Source: Alphaproteobacteria bacterium (GTDB lineage: Bacteria > Pseudomonadota > Alphaproteobacteria > RF32 > CAG-239). From it: DNA of 64,000 bases. Each line of letters opens with the position of its first letter. Within the stretch, counting starts at the first letter, position 1. Position numbers and translations under genes: made by a program. Where the stretch lies: NCBI GenBank assembly GCA_045221335.1, contig JBGUWS010000017.1, positions 79,737 to 143,736 of the forward strand, written 5' to 3'. Positions 45,744 through 54,567 of the stretch are shown one piece after another. The notes under the pieces are model-generated. The model searched no databases. It worked only from the letters and a program-made list of their open reading frames with translations, and had not been told where the DNA came from.

Positions 45744-48461
45744 TTATACTTTGCCTGAATTTCTGTTTCTAAGCCGAAGCGAAAGCAAAGAGGATACTTT
45801 TTTTCTGCCGGACATCTTAAGATGAGCAAATTTTTTATCGCGACGAATGGTCTTTTTTGGCTTTTTATCTTCAAGGACAGGACTTACAGCAACCTTATCT
45901 GTCATTAAAGGTTTTACCTGACGATTAAGAGAGGTAGTGCTTGCTAAACGAGAAATATTGTTTCTTTTTGGGGTGGCATTTTCTGCTGCTGCCAAAACGG
46001 GAGTTGTGACAACATCTTCTTTTGTTGACATTAAAGAGCGATAGATTTTATTCTTAAATCTCACAAAAGGTCGTTTAAGAGCAGTCATCACAGTAGAGGT
46101 TGTCTTTTTAGAAACATCTTTTATAGGAGGATTTCTTAAAGGCATTTTTGCAACATCATCAGCAGGTCTTATATCAGGAGAAATACCTTTTGCCACAGCA
46201 GGAGCGGAAGTTTTTACTCCGTCCACAGTTCGAATGGAGGTCCTTTTTTTATCTACGCCTCGAACAGAAGGCTTGGCTATCTCATTTTTCCTTGTACCAG
46301 GAACCATCTGAATACCAGATTTGGTTGCAACATTCGTCTCTTTAGCTGAAGCAGTCAGAACAGGGGACAGGGTTGTTTCTTCTTTAGGAGCAAAAGAGAT
46401 CTGTTCTTGATTAATCGGCAAAGCTTTTTTCTTTAAAGGCCTTCTTATAGCAATCGGTTTTGTCTCTTGACGAACAGGTGCTTGAGAGGGAACAACTCTG
46501 GCAGGCGTTTGCGATAAAGTTGGAGTAATCTGATTTGTTTTAAGACGCGGAGCTTTATCAATAACCGAAGTTCCTGCTTTGAAAGCTAAATTCTCTTGAG
46601 GTACTTCTCTTCTTAAAGGTAAAGATTGGTTTGCCACACTTGGACGGTACATCGAGCGTAAGATACGCTGTTTAGCTTGAGAGGGCATAGGGGCTCGGAT
46701 TACAATATTTTGCAGGTTTTCAGTTTTAATCTTTATCTTCTTTCGTTGATTGGTTTGCCACGATACAGCTGCTTTTCGCCCACTTGGGGTATAAAGCTCT
46801 TCATTAACATCTTTTTTACCAAGAACTGCCTGATAAAGAGGTTCACCTGTAGGATAAAATCTCTCAATTTTAAGTACATCGCCATGATGTTCCATTTTTT
46901 CGGAAACTTGAGCCGATTTATCCAATTCCAATTCAGCAATAACGCGCCCTTTTTGATAAACATCAAATTTAAGATCACAGCATACATCAGTGCGTGCAAG
47001 TAAGCCATCAGAGGGTTTCCCTTTATCAAAGCGACAACTGGCAACGGTTGTATTATTCGCGTTTTTAACATTGACCTCTGTTGATTTCCCTTGTTTGTAA
47101 TGATAGAAAATGTAGTTATCGTTAATAACAACAACCATCTTTCCATCAACGGCGCGTCCATTCTTAAATACGCATCTGGCTATTTCATGTTTGTTTTTAT
47201 CATAGTAGATAAATGTTCCGTCCTTTTTGCCTCTGACAAGTTTCCCCTTTTCCATACTGCCGTCAAAATTATAGCTAACAATATTGGCAACATCTTTATC
47301 CTCAGTCGGTGTTATTTTATCCATTGATCCTGTCGGATAAAACTTTAACGTAGCTTTATTGCTTTTTAATTCTGCAGCAGCATAAATAATGGTTTGCACA
47401 TTTGGAATAACTTTATATCCACTGGCTTTAGGCAATATTTCATAAGGTTGTACACGACTTTGCTTAGGACGTTTTTGCCTTTCTTCGGCCAGTTTATTAC
47501 CCGTAAAATTAGGCACCTCAATAACTTGTCTTGAATAACGCTTTAATCGGCTCTTTTTATTAACCCATGTTTCATAATCAGGAGTAGATAAAGAACGATC
47601 CAAAACCTTTGTTTCAACTCTATTACCTTTAGCAAATTCCTTACGATAGTGAATATCTGTGTAGTCATAATATTGAGAAAAATCTATCCCGCCGATGACA
47701 TTCATCGTTTTAATATCTTTTATGAAATTCTTCTGATAGACGGGGGCTTCAAACTCTTTTCTTCCGGATTGCTCCGTAATTTCATTATGTTTTGGAGCAT
47801 AACTTTCAGACATATTGTTATTCCAAAATTGTGAAACGGTTGAAGCAATAAACTTCATCTCAAAATCAAAATCTTTTTTATCATCGGATAACGGATTGAT
47901 AACACCATGCCTAATTGCTTGGACATACATACGGATTTTGGGATCATTAATTTTCTCTAAAACTTCGCGCTCTTGAGGTGTGGCTTTAATGTAATCATCT
48001 CTGAAGGTCAAAACAGAAACAATGCTGGCTGTAATTTCAAAATTATCTAATTCTGTACGAAGTTGAGTAGCCGAAACGGGATTTTCCATAACACCCTTCA
48101 TCATACAGATGCGATGCCACATCTCGTGCGCCACAACGTGCCTGTTAGCCAGATAATTTTGATATTCTTCTCCATCAGGATCCAAATAAGCTAAAAGCTC
48201 AATGACATTAATATCTGTCAGCAAATCCCCATTTGCTGTTATATTTTCAATCGAATCCACCATGAAAGTAACTTTAAGCGTTTCTTGCTCCGGGGTAACA
48301 TTACTAAAGAAATGCTGTTTATACTGTTTTTTATCATTCATCTGAACAACATGCCCTTGAGGTGTTTGAGCAAACATCTCAAAAGAACTGCCCCCAAAGA
48401 AGGTTGAGGCAGTTATCAAAAGGCCGTATTTTAAGTTACTCAGTTTCAAATCAGCATCCAA
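45744..48461 (-). CDS. Large protein with an HExxH motif, MORN-variant repeats and a basic low-complexity tail
   Basis: VAHEMWH; GKKDGTFIYYD and ERFYPTG repeats; Pro/Thr/Lys/Arg-rich C-terminus; TTG start uncertain. Confidence 0.65.
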   Translation of the reverse strand: MDADLKLSNLKYGLLITASTFFGGSSFEMFAQTPQGHVVQMNDKKQYKQHFFSNVTPEQETLKVTFMVDSIENITANGDLLTDINVIELLAYLDPDGEEYQNYLANRHVVAHEMWHRICMMKGVMENPVSATQLRTELDNFEITASIVSVLTFRDDYIKATPQEREVLEKINDPKIRMYVQAIRHGVINPLSDDKKDFDFEMKFIASTVSQFWNNNMSESYAPKHNEITEQSGRKEFEAPVYQKNFIKDIKTMNVIGGIDFSQYYDYTDIHYRKEFAKGNRVETKVLDRSLSTPDYETWVNKKSRLKRYSRQVIEVPNFTGNKLAEERQKRPKQSRVQPYEILPKASGYKVIPNVQTIIYAAAELKSNKATLKFYPTGSMDKITPTEDKDVANIVSYNFDGSMEKGKLVRGKKDGTFIYYDKNKHEIARCVFKNGRAVDGKMVVVINDNYIFYHYKQGKSTEVNVKNANNTTVASCRFDKGKPSDGLLARTDVCCDLKFDVYQKGRVIAELELDKSAQVSEKMEHHGDVLKIERFYPTGEPLYQAVLGKKDVNEELYTPSGRKAAVSWQTNQRKKIKIKTENLQNIVIRAPMPSQAKQRILRSMYRPSVANQSLPLRREVPQENLAFKAGTSVIDKAPRLKTNQITPTLSQTPARVVPSQAPVRQETKPIAIRRPLKKKALPINQEQISFAPKEETTLSPVLTASAKETNVATKSGIQMVPGTRKNEIAKPSVRGVDKKRTSIRTVDGVKTSAPAVAKGISPDIRPADDVAKMPLRNPPIKDVSKKTTSTVMTALKRPFVRFKNKIYRSLMSTKEDVVTTPVLAAAENATPKRNNISRLASTTSLNRQVKPLMTDKVAVSPVLEDKKPKKTIRRDKKFAHLKMSGRKKVSSLLSLRLRNRNSGKV

Positions 48462-48463
48462 TT

Positions 48464-48489
48464 AAAAAAGGAGGGTGTTTATACCCTCC
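48464..48489 (-). terminator. Terminator of htpG
   Basis: Minus strand GGAGGGT-ataaac-ACCCTCC followed by T6. Confidence 0.8.
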
Positions 48490-48527
48490 GAGAATATCAC
48501 AAAATTATCTATCCGTCAATGATTAAA

Positions 48528-50387
48528 TTAAGCTGCCGGTTTCTGCTTATCTAAAGACCGCAAAATAAACTCGCTTAGCTTTTCATTAAACAAACTCGGA
48601 TTAGAAACAGCTTCTCCTTCGGCAATTTTTGCCTGCTCCAAAATCAATAAAGAAGCATCTTTCACCTCATCAAGATTATTTTTATCGACAACCAGTTGAG
48701 CCAACTTAATAATCAAAGGATGATAAGGATTAATTTGTAAGATTCTTGTACTGTCAAAATTTGTTTTTTGCTGATGATTACGCATCAAGCGCTCTAAGTG
48801 AATGCTCATCTGTCCGGCCTCAACAGTCAATGTCGCCGGACTGTTTGTCAGTTTTTCGGTTACTTCAACCTTGCCGGCTTCTTCCTTAAACCATTCACCC
48901 ATATTTTTCAGCAATGCCTTCAAGCCTTTTTCGTCAGCCTTGGGTTCTTGGCGTTCAAAAGATAAATCCATATCCGCCTGAGCAATATGCTTTAATTCAT
49001 GTCCCTTATAAGAGAGCAGGGTTTGTGTCCAAAATTCATCAATAGGATCAGTTAATAACAATACCTCAATATCTTTTTTCTTAAAAGCTTCCAATTGCGG
49101 GTTACAATAAAGCGTTTTAGCATCATCTCCGGTAATGTAATAAATAGATTTCTGATCTTTATTCATACGCTCAACATATTGATCAAGAGAGGTGAGCTTA
49201 TTATCAGACTTTGTAGTGTAAAAACGTGATAAGCTGGCCACTTCTTCACGATTGGCAAAATCTTCGTAAATACCTTCCTTAAAAGCAATTCCGAAAGCAT
49301 TCCAAAAGATTTCATAATCTTCCTGATTTTCTGCTTTTTTCTTAAGTTCCTTAAATAATCTGGAAACAACACCTTGTCTGATTTTAGCGATCAAGGCATT
49401 TTGCTGCAACATCTCGCGCGAGATATTAAGTGGCAAATCAGCACTATCTATCACACCTTTAACAAAGCGTAAATACATCGGCATCAAGCCTTCAACTTTA
49501 TCTGAAATAAAGACCTTATTAACATAAAGCTTAATACCCGTTAATCTGTCCGGTTGAAATAAGTCATAAGGGGCCTTTGTCGGAATGAACAGCAATCCGG
49601 TATATTCTAAGCTACCTTCTGCCTTAAAGTGCAAGGTCATCCACGGATCATCAAAATTTTTACTGACATGCCGATAGAATTCCTGATATTGCTTTTCGGT
49701 AATATCGGTCTTATTACGGCTCCAAAGCGCAAAACCGGTATTGATGGTTTCCTCTCCGGCATCCCCCAAATTCAACACAATCGGATAATCAATGTGCTCG
49801 GAATAAGTATGGATGATATTTCTTAAATATACCGTATCAGTAAAATCTTTCGCATCGTCTTTTAGGAATAACTTGATATCTGTACCATTTGTCTCTTTTG
49901 TTGTTTCAGATATCTCAAAACCATTTAAGCCGTCAGAAGACCATAGATAAGCCTGATCACTATCCGCGCGTTTAGTTGTTATCTCAACTCTAGAAGCAAC
50001 CATAAAGGCCGAATAAAAACCGACACCAAACTGTCCAATCAGATCTATAGCAGAAGCATTATCCTGCGCATTTTTTAAGAACTCTGCCGTTCCTGACTTA
50101 GCAATAGTTCCGATATGTTCAATCAAATCTTCTCTGTTCATACCGATACCGTTATCAGAAATAACAAGCGTATTAAGATCCTTATTAGGTGTGATAACAA
50201 TACGGTAAGGAGCCTGAGATTTCTTTAAATCCGTATTTGTCAGAGACCAATAGCGCAATTTATCTAGGGCATCGGATGCATTGGAAATCAGTTCTCTTAA
50301 AAAGATATATTTTTCTGAATAAAGGGAGTTAATCACAATATCCAAAAGTTTATTAACTTCGGTTTTAAATTCAATTTTTTCAGCCAT
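48528..50387 (-). CDS. htpG: Molecular chaperone HtpG (Hsp90)
   Basis: FLRELISNASDA, DNGIGM, IGQFGVGFYSAF, DLPLNISRE. Confidence 0.97.
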   Translation of the reverse strand: MAEKIEFKTEVNKLLDIVINSLYSEKYIFLRELISNASDALDKLRYWSLTNTDLKKSQAPYRIVITPNKDLNTLVISDNGIGMNREDLIEHIGTIAKSGTAEFLKNAQDNASAIDLIGQFGVGFYSAFMVASRVEITTKRADSDQAYLWSSDGLNGFEISETTKETNGTDIKLFLKDDAKDFTDTVYLRNIIHTYSEHIDYPIVLNLGDAGEETINTGFALWSRNKTDITEKQYQEFYRHVSKNFDDPWMTLHFKAEGSLEYTGLLFIPTKAPYDLFQPDRLTGIKLYVNKVFISDKVEGLMPMYLRFVKGVIDSADLPLNISREMLQQNALIAKIRQGVVSRLFKELKKKAENQEDYEIFWNAFGIAFKEGIYEDFANREEVASLSRFYTTKSDNKLTSLDQYVERMNKDQKSIYYITGDDAKTLYCNPQLEAFKKKDIEVLLLTDPIDEFWTQTLLSYKGHELKHIAQADMDLSFERQEPKADEKGLKALLKNMGEWFKEEAGKVEVTEKLTNSPATLTVEAGQMSIHLERLMRNHQQKTNFDSTRILQINPYHPLIIKLAQLVVDKNNLDEVKDASLLILEQAKIAEGEAVSNPSLFNEKLSEFILRSLDKQKPAA

Positions 50388-50503
50388 TATAAAAGCTCCT
50401 CAAAAGCAATATTAAAAAACATTACTCATAATATAGGGAAAAAAAAAGCCACGCGCAACCCAAATCAAAAGTTTTTTTTTAACAAATCAGAAAAGAATAA
50501 AAA

Positions 50504-51052
50504 TTATCTTGCCCCTTTGCTGCGAAGAAAGTTAACAATCTTAAAAAATCTCTTTTTCTCTGCAATTCTCAGAGCTGTCTCTCCATTAGCATTGCGATAA
50601 CCTAGATTTGCTCCGGCAGCAATTAATCTTTCCACCGTAAAAAGATGGTTAGACATAACCGCATACATCAAAGGTGTATTTCCGGCAAAATCAGGGATGT
50701 TTACGTATGCTCCCGCATCAATCAACATATTAACCAGCTCATCATATCCTCCTTGAGCCGCCCGATGAAGCGCTGTCTGTCCCGTATGGCTTCTTTTATT
50801 AACATTAGCATCATTATAAATTAAAAAACGCGCAAAGTTGGCTTTACCTAAAGATGCGGCAATCATCAAAGGCGTGTAGCCGTCGCGATCAATATCATCA
50901 ATATCATATCCTAAAACAACCATATCCGAAAAAGCATCCGTATCTTCACGATTAACAACATCATAGATACTATCTTCCTTCGCCATGGCACAAAAAGATG
51001 CAAGGCCAAAGCATAACAAAGCCAAAAAAGCAACATATTTTCTTGTATTCAT
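50504..51052 (-). CDS. Secreted ankyrin-repeat protein
   Basis: Signal peptide; GYTPLM, GQTALH, GNTPLM and GETAL repeats. Confidence 0.9.
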   Translation of the reverse strand: MNTRKYVAFLALLCFGLASFCAMAKEDSIYDVVNREDTDAFSDMVVLGYDIDDIDRDGYTPLMIAASLGKANFARFLIYNDANVNKRSHTGQTALHRAAQGGYDELVNMLIDAGAYVNIPDFAGNTPLMYAVMSNHLFTVERLIAAGANLGYRNANGETALRIAEKKRFFKIVNFLRSKGAR

Positions 51053-51177
51053 CGGTTTACTCTAGCAAGGTTATAAAAATTTAGCTACAATGTATCAGCA
51101 ATCCCTTAAAAAAAAGTTTAAATTCATATTAAGGTTAAACGTAGCAGATTATTTTTTTGCTTGTGTATTCAAAACTA

Positions 51178-51276
51178 TTGACATCTGTGTCAGAGTGATT
51201 TATAAAAATACCCAGAATGGCTTAGAGCCGTTCTTTTTTTTTAACCAAAAGTCGCAATATTTTGCGGCTTTTTTTT
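51178..51276 (+). promoter_or_regulatory. Promoter and leader with two terminator-like hairpins
   Basis: TTGACA-17 nt-TATAAA; hairpins 51214-51234 and 51247-51272, each followed by a T-run. Confidence 0.6.
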
Positions 51277-51292
51277 ATTTTAGGAGAAAAAA

Positions 51293-52108
51293 ATGACAAT
51301 TCAATCACAAACAGGTAAAGCGGCCTATGTTGCAGATGGCAACACCACAACATTTAACGTTCCGTTTTACTTTTTTGATAATCAGGTGTCGGTTTATATT
51401 AATGATAGTCTTACTCCGTTAGTATTAGGAACCGATTACACCTTAACCAATAACCAAGGGCATAATGGCGGGGAGGTGGTGTTATCGACAGCCCCTCAAT
51501 CCGGCACCAGGGTAACAATTGTTCGCAATGTGGAATTAACCCAATTAATTACCTTCTTAGAAGGGGAAAATTTCCCGGCATCGGATTTTGAATATGCCTT
51601 AGATAAGATAGTTATGGCCTTGCAACAGATACGCGATCGTTTAGAGTTATGTTTAAGTTTGCCAAACGGTTCAACTTGGCCGACAAGTGAAATATACCAG
51701 ATGCTAGACAATGTTCGCCAATATCAGGAAGCCATTGCATCAATACCGACCTTGCTTAATGAAATAAGCACGCTCGAGAGCCAATTTCCGATAGATTTAA
51801 GTAATTATTACACAAAATCAGAGGTAAACACGGCTATAAACAATGCCAAACCAAACAAGTTTACCAACGTAACGGCATTAGCCGCAAATGCAACTTCAGA
51901 TAATACCTATGCTTCTTATCCATATCGGTTGAGCATCAGTTTAGCAAATGTTACCTCAAATCAAATTCCCACGGTCAATCTCGGGTTAACAGAAGCCATG
52001 TCAGGCAACATTGCCCCGATAGCTCAAAGTTATAACGGAGGAGTGTATCTTTATCTCAAATCAGCACCACAAGAAAATTTCACCATTCCGAGCATTGTTA
52101 TACACTAG
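51293..52108 (+). CDS. Phage tail-fibre-like protein (podovirus-type N-terminal anchor)
   Basis: ADG.TT.F.VPF.F, L.LGTDYT, GG.V.L..AP..G..VTI.R, E.ALDK..M..QQ; YYTKSE motif. Confidence 0.7.
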   Translation: MTIQSQTGKAAYVADGNTTTFNVPFYFFDNQVSVYINDSLTPLVLGTDYTLTNNQGHNGGEVVLSTAPQSGTRVTIVRNVELTQLITFLEGENFPASDFEYALDKIVMALQQIRDRLELCLSLPNGSTWPTSEIYQMLDNVRQYQEAIASIPTLLNEISTLESQFPIDLSNYYTKSEVNTAINNAKPNKFTNVTALAANATSDNTYASYPYRLSISLANVTSNQIPTVNLGLTEAMSGNIAPIAQSYNGGVYLYLKSAPQENFTIPSIVIH

Positions 52109-52120
52109 GAGGCAGAAAGT

Positions 52121-52435
52121 ATGGAAAAACTGAAGGAAATTATCACCAGTTACAGCTTGTGGGGTTTATTTTTAGGTTTGATAACCATTATTATCAAACC
52201 TTTTATTTCGCTGCGACAGACATTACGAGATACGGTGATTACTTTTATAGTCAGTATGCTTTCAGGCTTAATGGCGGAATACATTGATATTCCGACACCG
52301 GTCAAATATGGACTTTCCGGTGTTTGCGGCCTGTTTGGTGTCAGACTATACATGATAATGGATGCCTTATTAAAATCGGCAGAAAAAAATCCCCTTCGTT
52401 TTTTCGAATTAATCAAGAAGAAGAAATCTCAATAA
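52121..52435 (+). CDS. Putative phage holin
   Basis: 104 aa, about three TM segments, basic KKKK tail, next to spanin-like genes. Confidence 0.65.
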   Translation: MEKLKEIITSYSLWGLFLGLITIIIKPFISLRQTLRDTVITFIVSMLSGLMAEYIDIPTPVKYGLSGVCGLFGVRLYMIMDALLKSAEKNPLRFFELIKKKKSQ

Positions 52436-52474
52436 AGAGGTTTCTTCCTCTCCCCATTTTTGGAAAGTAAAGAC

Positions 52475-52765
52475 ATGAAACAAGTAATATTGATGATTTG
52501 TTTATTAGCGATAATGATACTAACAATTGGTTATTATCGCGAAAAAGCCATAAAGAGCCAAAAACAAAATGAAATATATCAGCAAAACAATACAACATTA
52601 TTAAACAAATTAAGGAGGGTATATGATGAAAAAATTCAATTGGAAGAACAAAATCTGGAATTGGAAAAAAGAGCCAAAGAAGATAAAACATTTTTTGACT
52701 GGAATGCTGATATTTCTAACAGTGCTGTTATTAGGCAGTTGCGCCAAAACGCCATGCATCAATGA
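52475..52765 (+). CDS. Putative i-spanin (Rz-like)
   Basis: N-terminal TM plus coiled coil; a lipoprotein ORF overlaps its 3' end. Confidence 0.65.
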   Translation: MKQVILMICLLAIMILTIGYYREKAIKSQKQNEIYQQNNTTLLNKLRRVYDEKIQLEEQNLELEKRAKEDKTFFDWNADISNSAVIRQLRQNAMHQ

Positions 52766-52859
52766 GGAACCGCCCAAAGAACCGATAACCTGCATTGATA
52801 ACATCAAAACCCCATTAGACATGGCCAAATGTTTGAATGAATATAAGATAAAATATTAA
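52704..52859 (+). CDS. Putative o-spanin (Rz1-like lipoprotein)
   Basis: MLIFLTVLLLGSC lipobox; Pro/Cys-containing short mature part; +1 frame overlap with the Rz-like gene. Confidence 0.65.
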   Translation: MLIFLTVLLLGSCAKTPCINEEPPKEPITCIDNIKTPLDMAKCLNEYKIKY

Positions 52860-52933
52860 ATTTTGCACACTTTTTTTATTTTTCATATTGACATTAAAAA
52901 AAAATCTATGTAAATAACATCTCATCGTTAAAT

Positions 52934-53009
52934 GGCGGGATAGCTCAGTCGGTAGAGCAGAGGAATCATAATCCTTGTGTCGTGGGTTCGAATCCCTCTC
53001 TCGCTACCA
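52934..53009 (+). tRNA. tRNA-Met (CAT), elongator type
   Basis: GGCGGGATAGCTCAGTCGGTAGAGCAGAGGAATCATAATCCTTGTGTCGTGGGTTCGAATCCCTCTCTCGCTACCA; upstream TTGACA promoter. Confidence 0.95.
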
Positions 53010-53252
53010 ACAAAAAGGGGTGCCTTATAGGCGCCTTTTTTTTGTTGTAAATAAAAACCGGGGATTTGAACCCACGGGGTGGGTTCGACTACAAGCGAAA
53101 GCGAGACGGTAGTATCGCGGTCAGCTTTAAGCTGATGAGCGCCCGTGCGGCCGAGGAACGAAGGTCAATCCCTCTCTCGCTACCAACAAAAAGGGGTGCC
53201 TTATAGGCGCCTTTTTTTGTTGTAAATAAAAACTGGGGATTTGAACCCACGG
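52991..53252 (+). repeat. tRNA-linked direct repeat (87/86 bp copies, 176 bp period)
   Basis: 52991-53077 and 53167-53252 differ by one T and one C/T. Each holds the last 19 nt of the tRNA, a terminator and an inverted T-arm copy. Confidence 0.9.
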
Positions 53253-53333
53253 AAAAATATTGACTTTTCTGTTTGGCCGACTTATACTCACTCCATCAAA
53301 TCAAATAATTACGTAAATAAAATCTATATTTTT

Positions 53334-53738
53334 ATGGAAAATCCAACATTCTACATCACTGCGACGATTGACAACATCGCTTACAATGTCAAGAGTGGTT
53401 TTATTCGCTTTGAGCTGACAAATGTTGTCCTCACAAATCCCAAAAGGGAGAAGTATGACGGCTTGGTAAATTTTAGTGTTCATCTGAAAGACAAAAGAGA
53501 TGTTGATGGAGATATTTGTTTCTCAGATAATTGTGTATCTGACACTCTGAATGTCGGTGATAATGTTCAATTCAAGATCACCAAGTGCCGTGACATGTTT
53601 AAATATCACTATGAGATCACAAAGGTGGTACACAATTCGAAAAACTGTGGACAATACCAACAACAGGGGAGTGATGACACAAATATCCATATCCTGTCTT
53701 TCATTTTGGACAACGTTTCTAAAGCTTCCTCGTCTTAA
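53334..53738 (+). CDS. Orphan protein, possible OB-fold
   Basis: ATG 53334 after a TTGACT-17-TATACT promoter; beta-rich with LNVGDNVQFKI. Confidence 0.7.
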   Translation: MENPTFYITATIDNIAYNVKSGFIRFELTNVVLTNPKREKYDGLVNFSVHLKDKRDVDGDICFSDNCVSDTLNVGDNVQFKITKCRDMFKYHYEITKVVHNSKNCGQYQQQGSDDTNIHILSFILDNVSKASSS

Positions 53739-53757
53739 AATCTTCACAAATCTGTAA

Positions 53758-53793
53758 ACAAAGGGGCGTCACCTGACGGTGACGCCCCTTTGT
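53758..53793. terminator. Bidirectional terminator
   Basis: Perfect 16-bp stem ACAAAGGGGCGTCACC-tgac-GGTGACGCCCCTTTGT between convergent genes. Confidence 0.85.
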
Positions 53794-53815
53794 CTTTGTG
53801 AAAAAAACGGAACCA

Positions 53816-54292
53816 TTAATTTGCCCCCAATAAGGCCTTAAAAAAGTCATCAGGAGCAAGATTATCTCTGATATACTCCAGATCGCGCAGATGTACTTCA
53901 TCTCGAATGAGGGGAACACCTGCTTGGGATGATGCTTCGGTGGCGGTGTTGTAGGCCGTCATAATGTTCATTGCCGCATCGTTATAAGAGGATTCCTCAT
54001 CTGCATAGATATTGTACAAGCGTCGGATATAACCTTCGTCACTTTCCTTCGGTGATGACGAAAATGGCTTAAAATCTCTGTACGACGATACCTCCTCCAG
54101 AATAGTAAGCAAATTTCTACTTGGATTACTAAGCCACTTGCTGATTTGTTCATCCGAAGGAAAATAACCTCTTTTTGCAAGACAATAGGTAGCCGAACGT
54201 ACTATGCAACCTTTCGAGCAGCTAGCCAAAATGGAATAAACAGATGCTATAAAAGCTCTTACAGCATCATCAAAATCTTTTTTTTCAGTCAT
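53816..54292 (-). CDS. Orphan helical protein
   Basis: 158-aa ORF with its own promoter (TTGACC-17-TAGCAT) and terminator. Confidence 0.7.
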   Translation of the reverse strand: MTEKKDFDDAVRAFIASVYSILASCSKGCIVRSATYCLAKRGYFPSDEQISKWLSNPSRNLLTILEEVSSYRDFKPFSSSPKESDEGYIRRLYNIYADEESSYNDAAMNIMTAYNTATEASSQAGVPLIRDEVHLRDLEYIRDNLAPDDFFKALLGAN

Positions 54293-54567
54293 AATTAAAC
54301 ATAAATCTTAGTTAGTTTATAAAAATACGAATTATAGCGATATGCTATCACAAAGTAACCAGTTGGTCAAGCCTTTTTTATCTACCGGTAAAATATAAGA
54401 AAATTACATTGGTTTCATCAAGCATACTAACATCCCGCAAGGTCTCATTTAGCCAGAAATAACGTCTAAAACCGTTTAACCTGTGGATTTTTTATTTTAC
54501 TTTCTTGCTGTTTAGATAAAAAAAGATTACTGTAGCAAAATCTTGTAAACAAACGATGGAGTGAACT

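Noticed and set aside
52991-53252. Direct repeat read as attL/attR of a prophage containing the tail/holin cassette
   Set aside because: The repeats enclose only ~90 bp, and the phage-like genes lie on the 5' side of the tRNA, outside the repeats.
53241-53333. N-terminal extension of the 53241 ORF
   Set aside because: The TTG lies in the repeat and upstream of the promoter; ATG 53334 is the plausible start.
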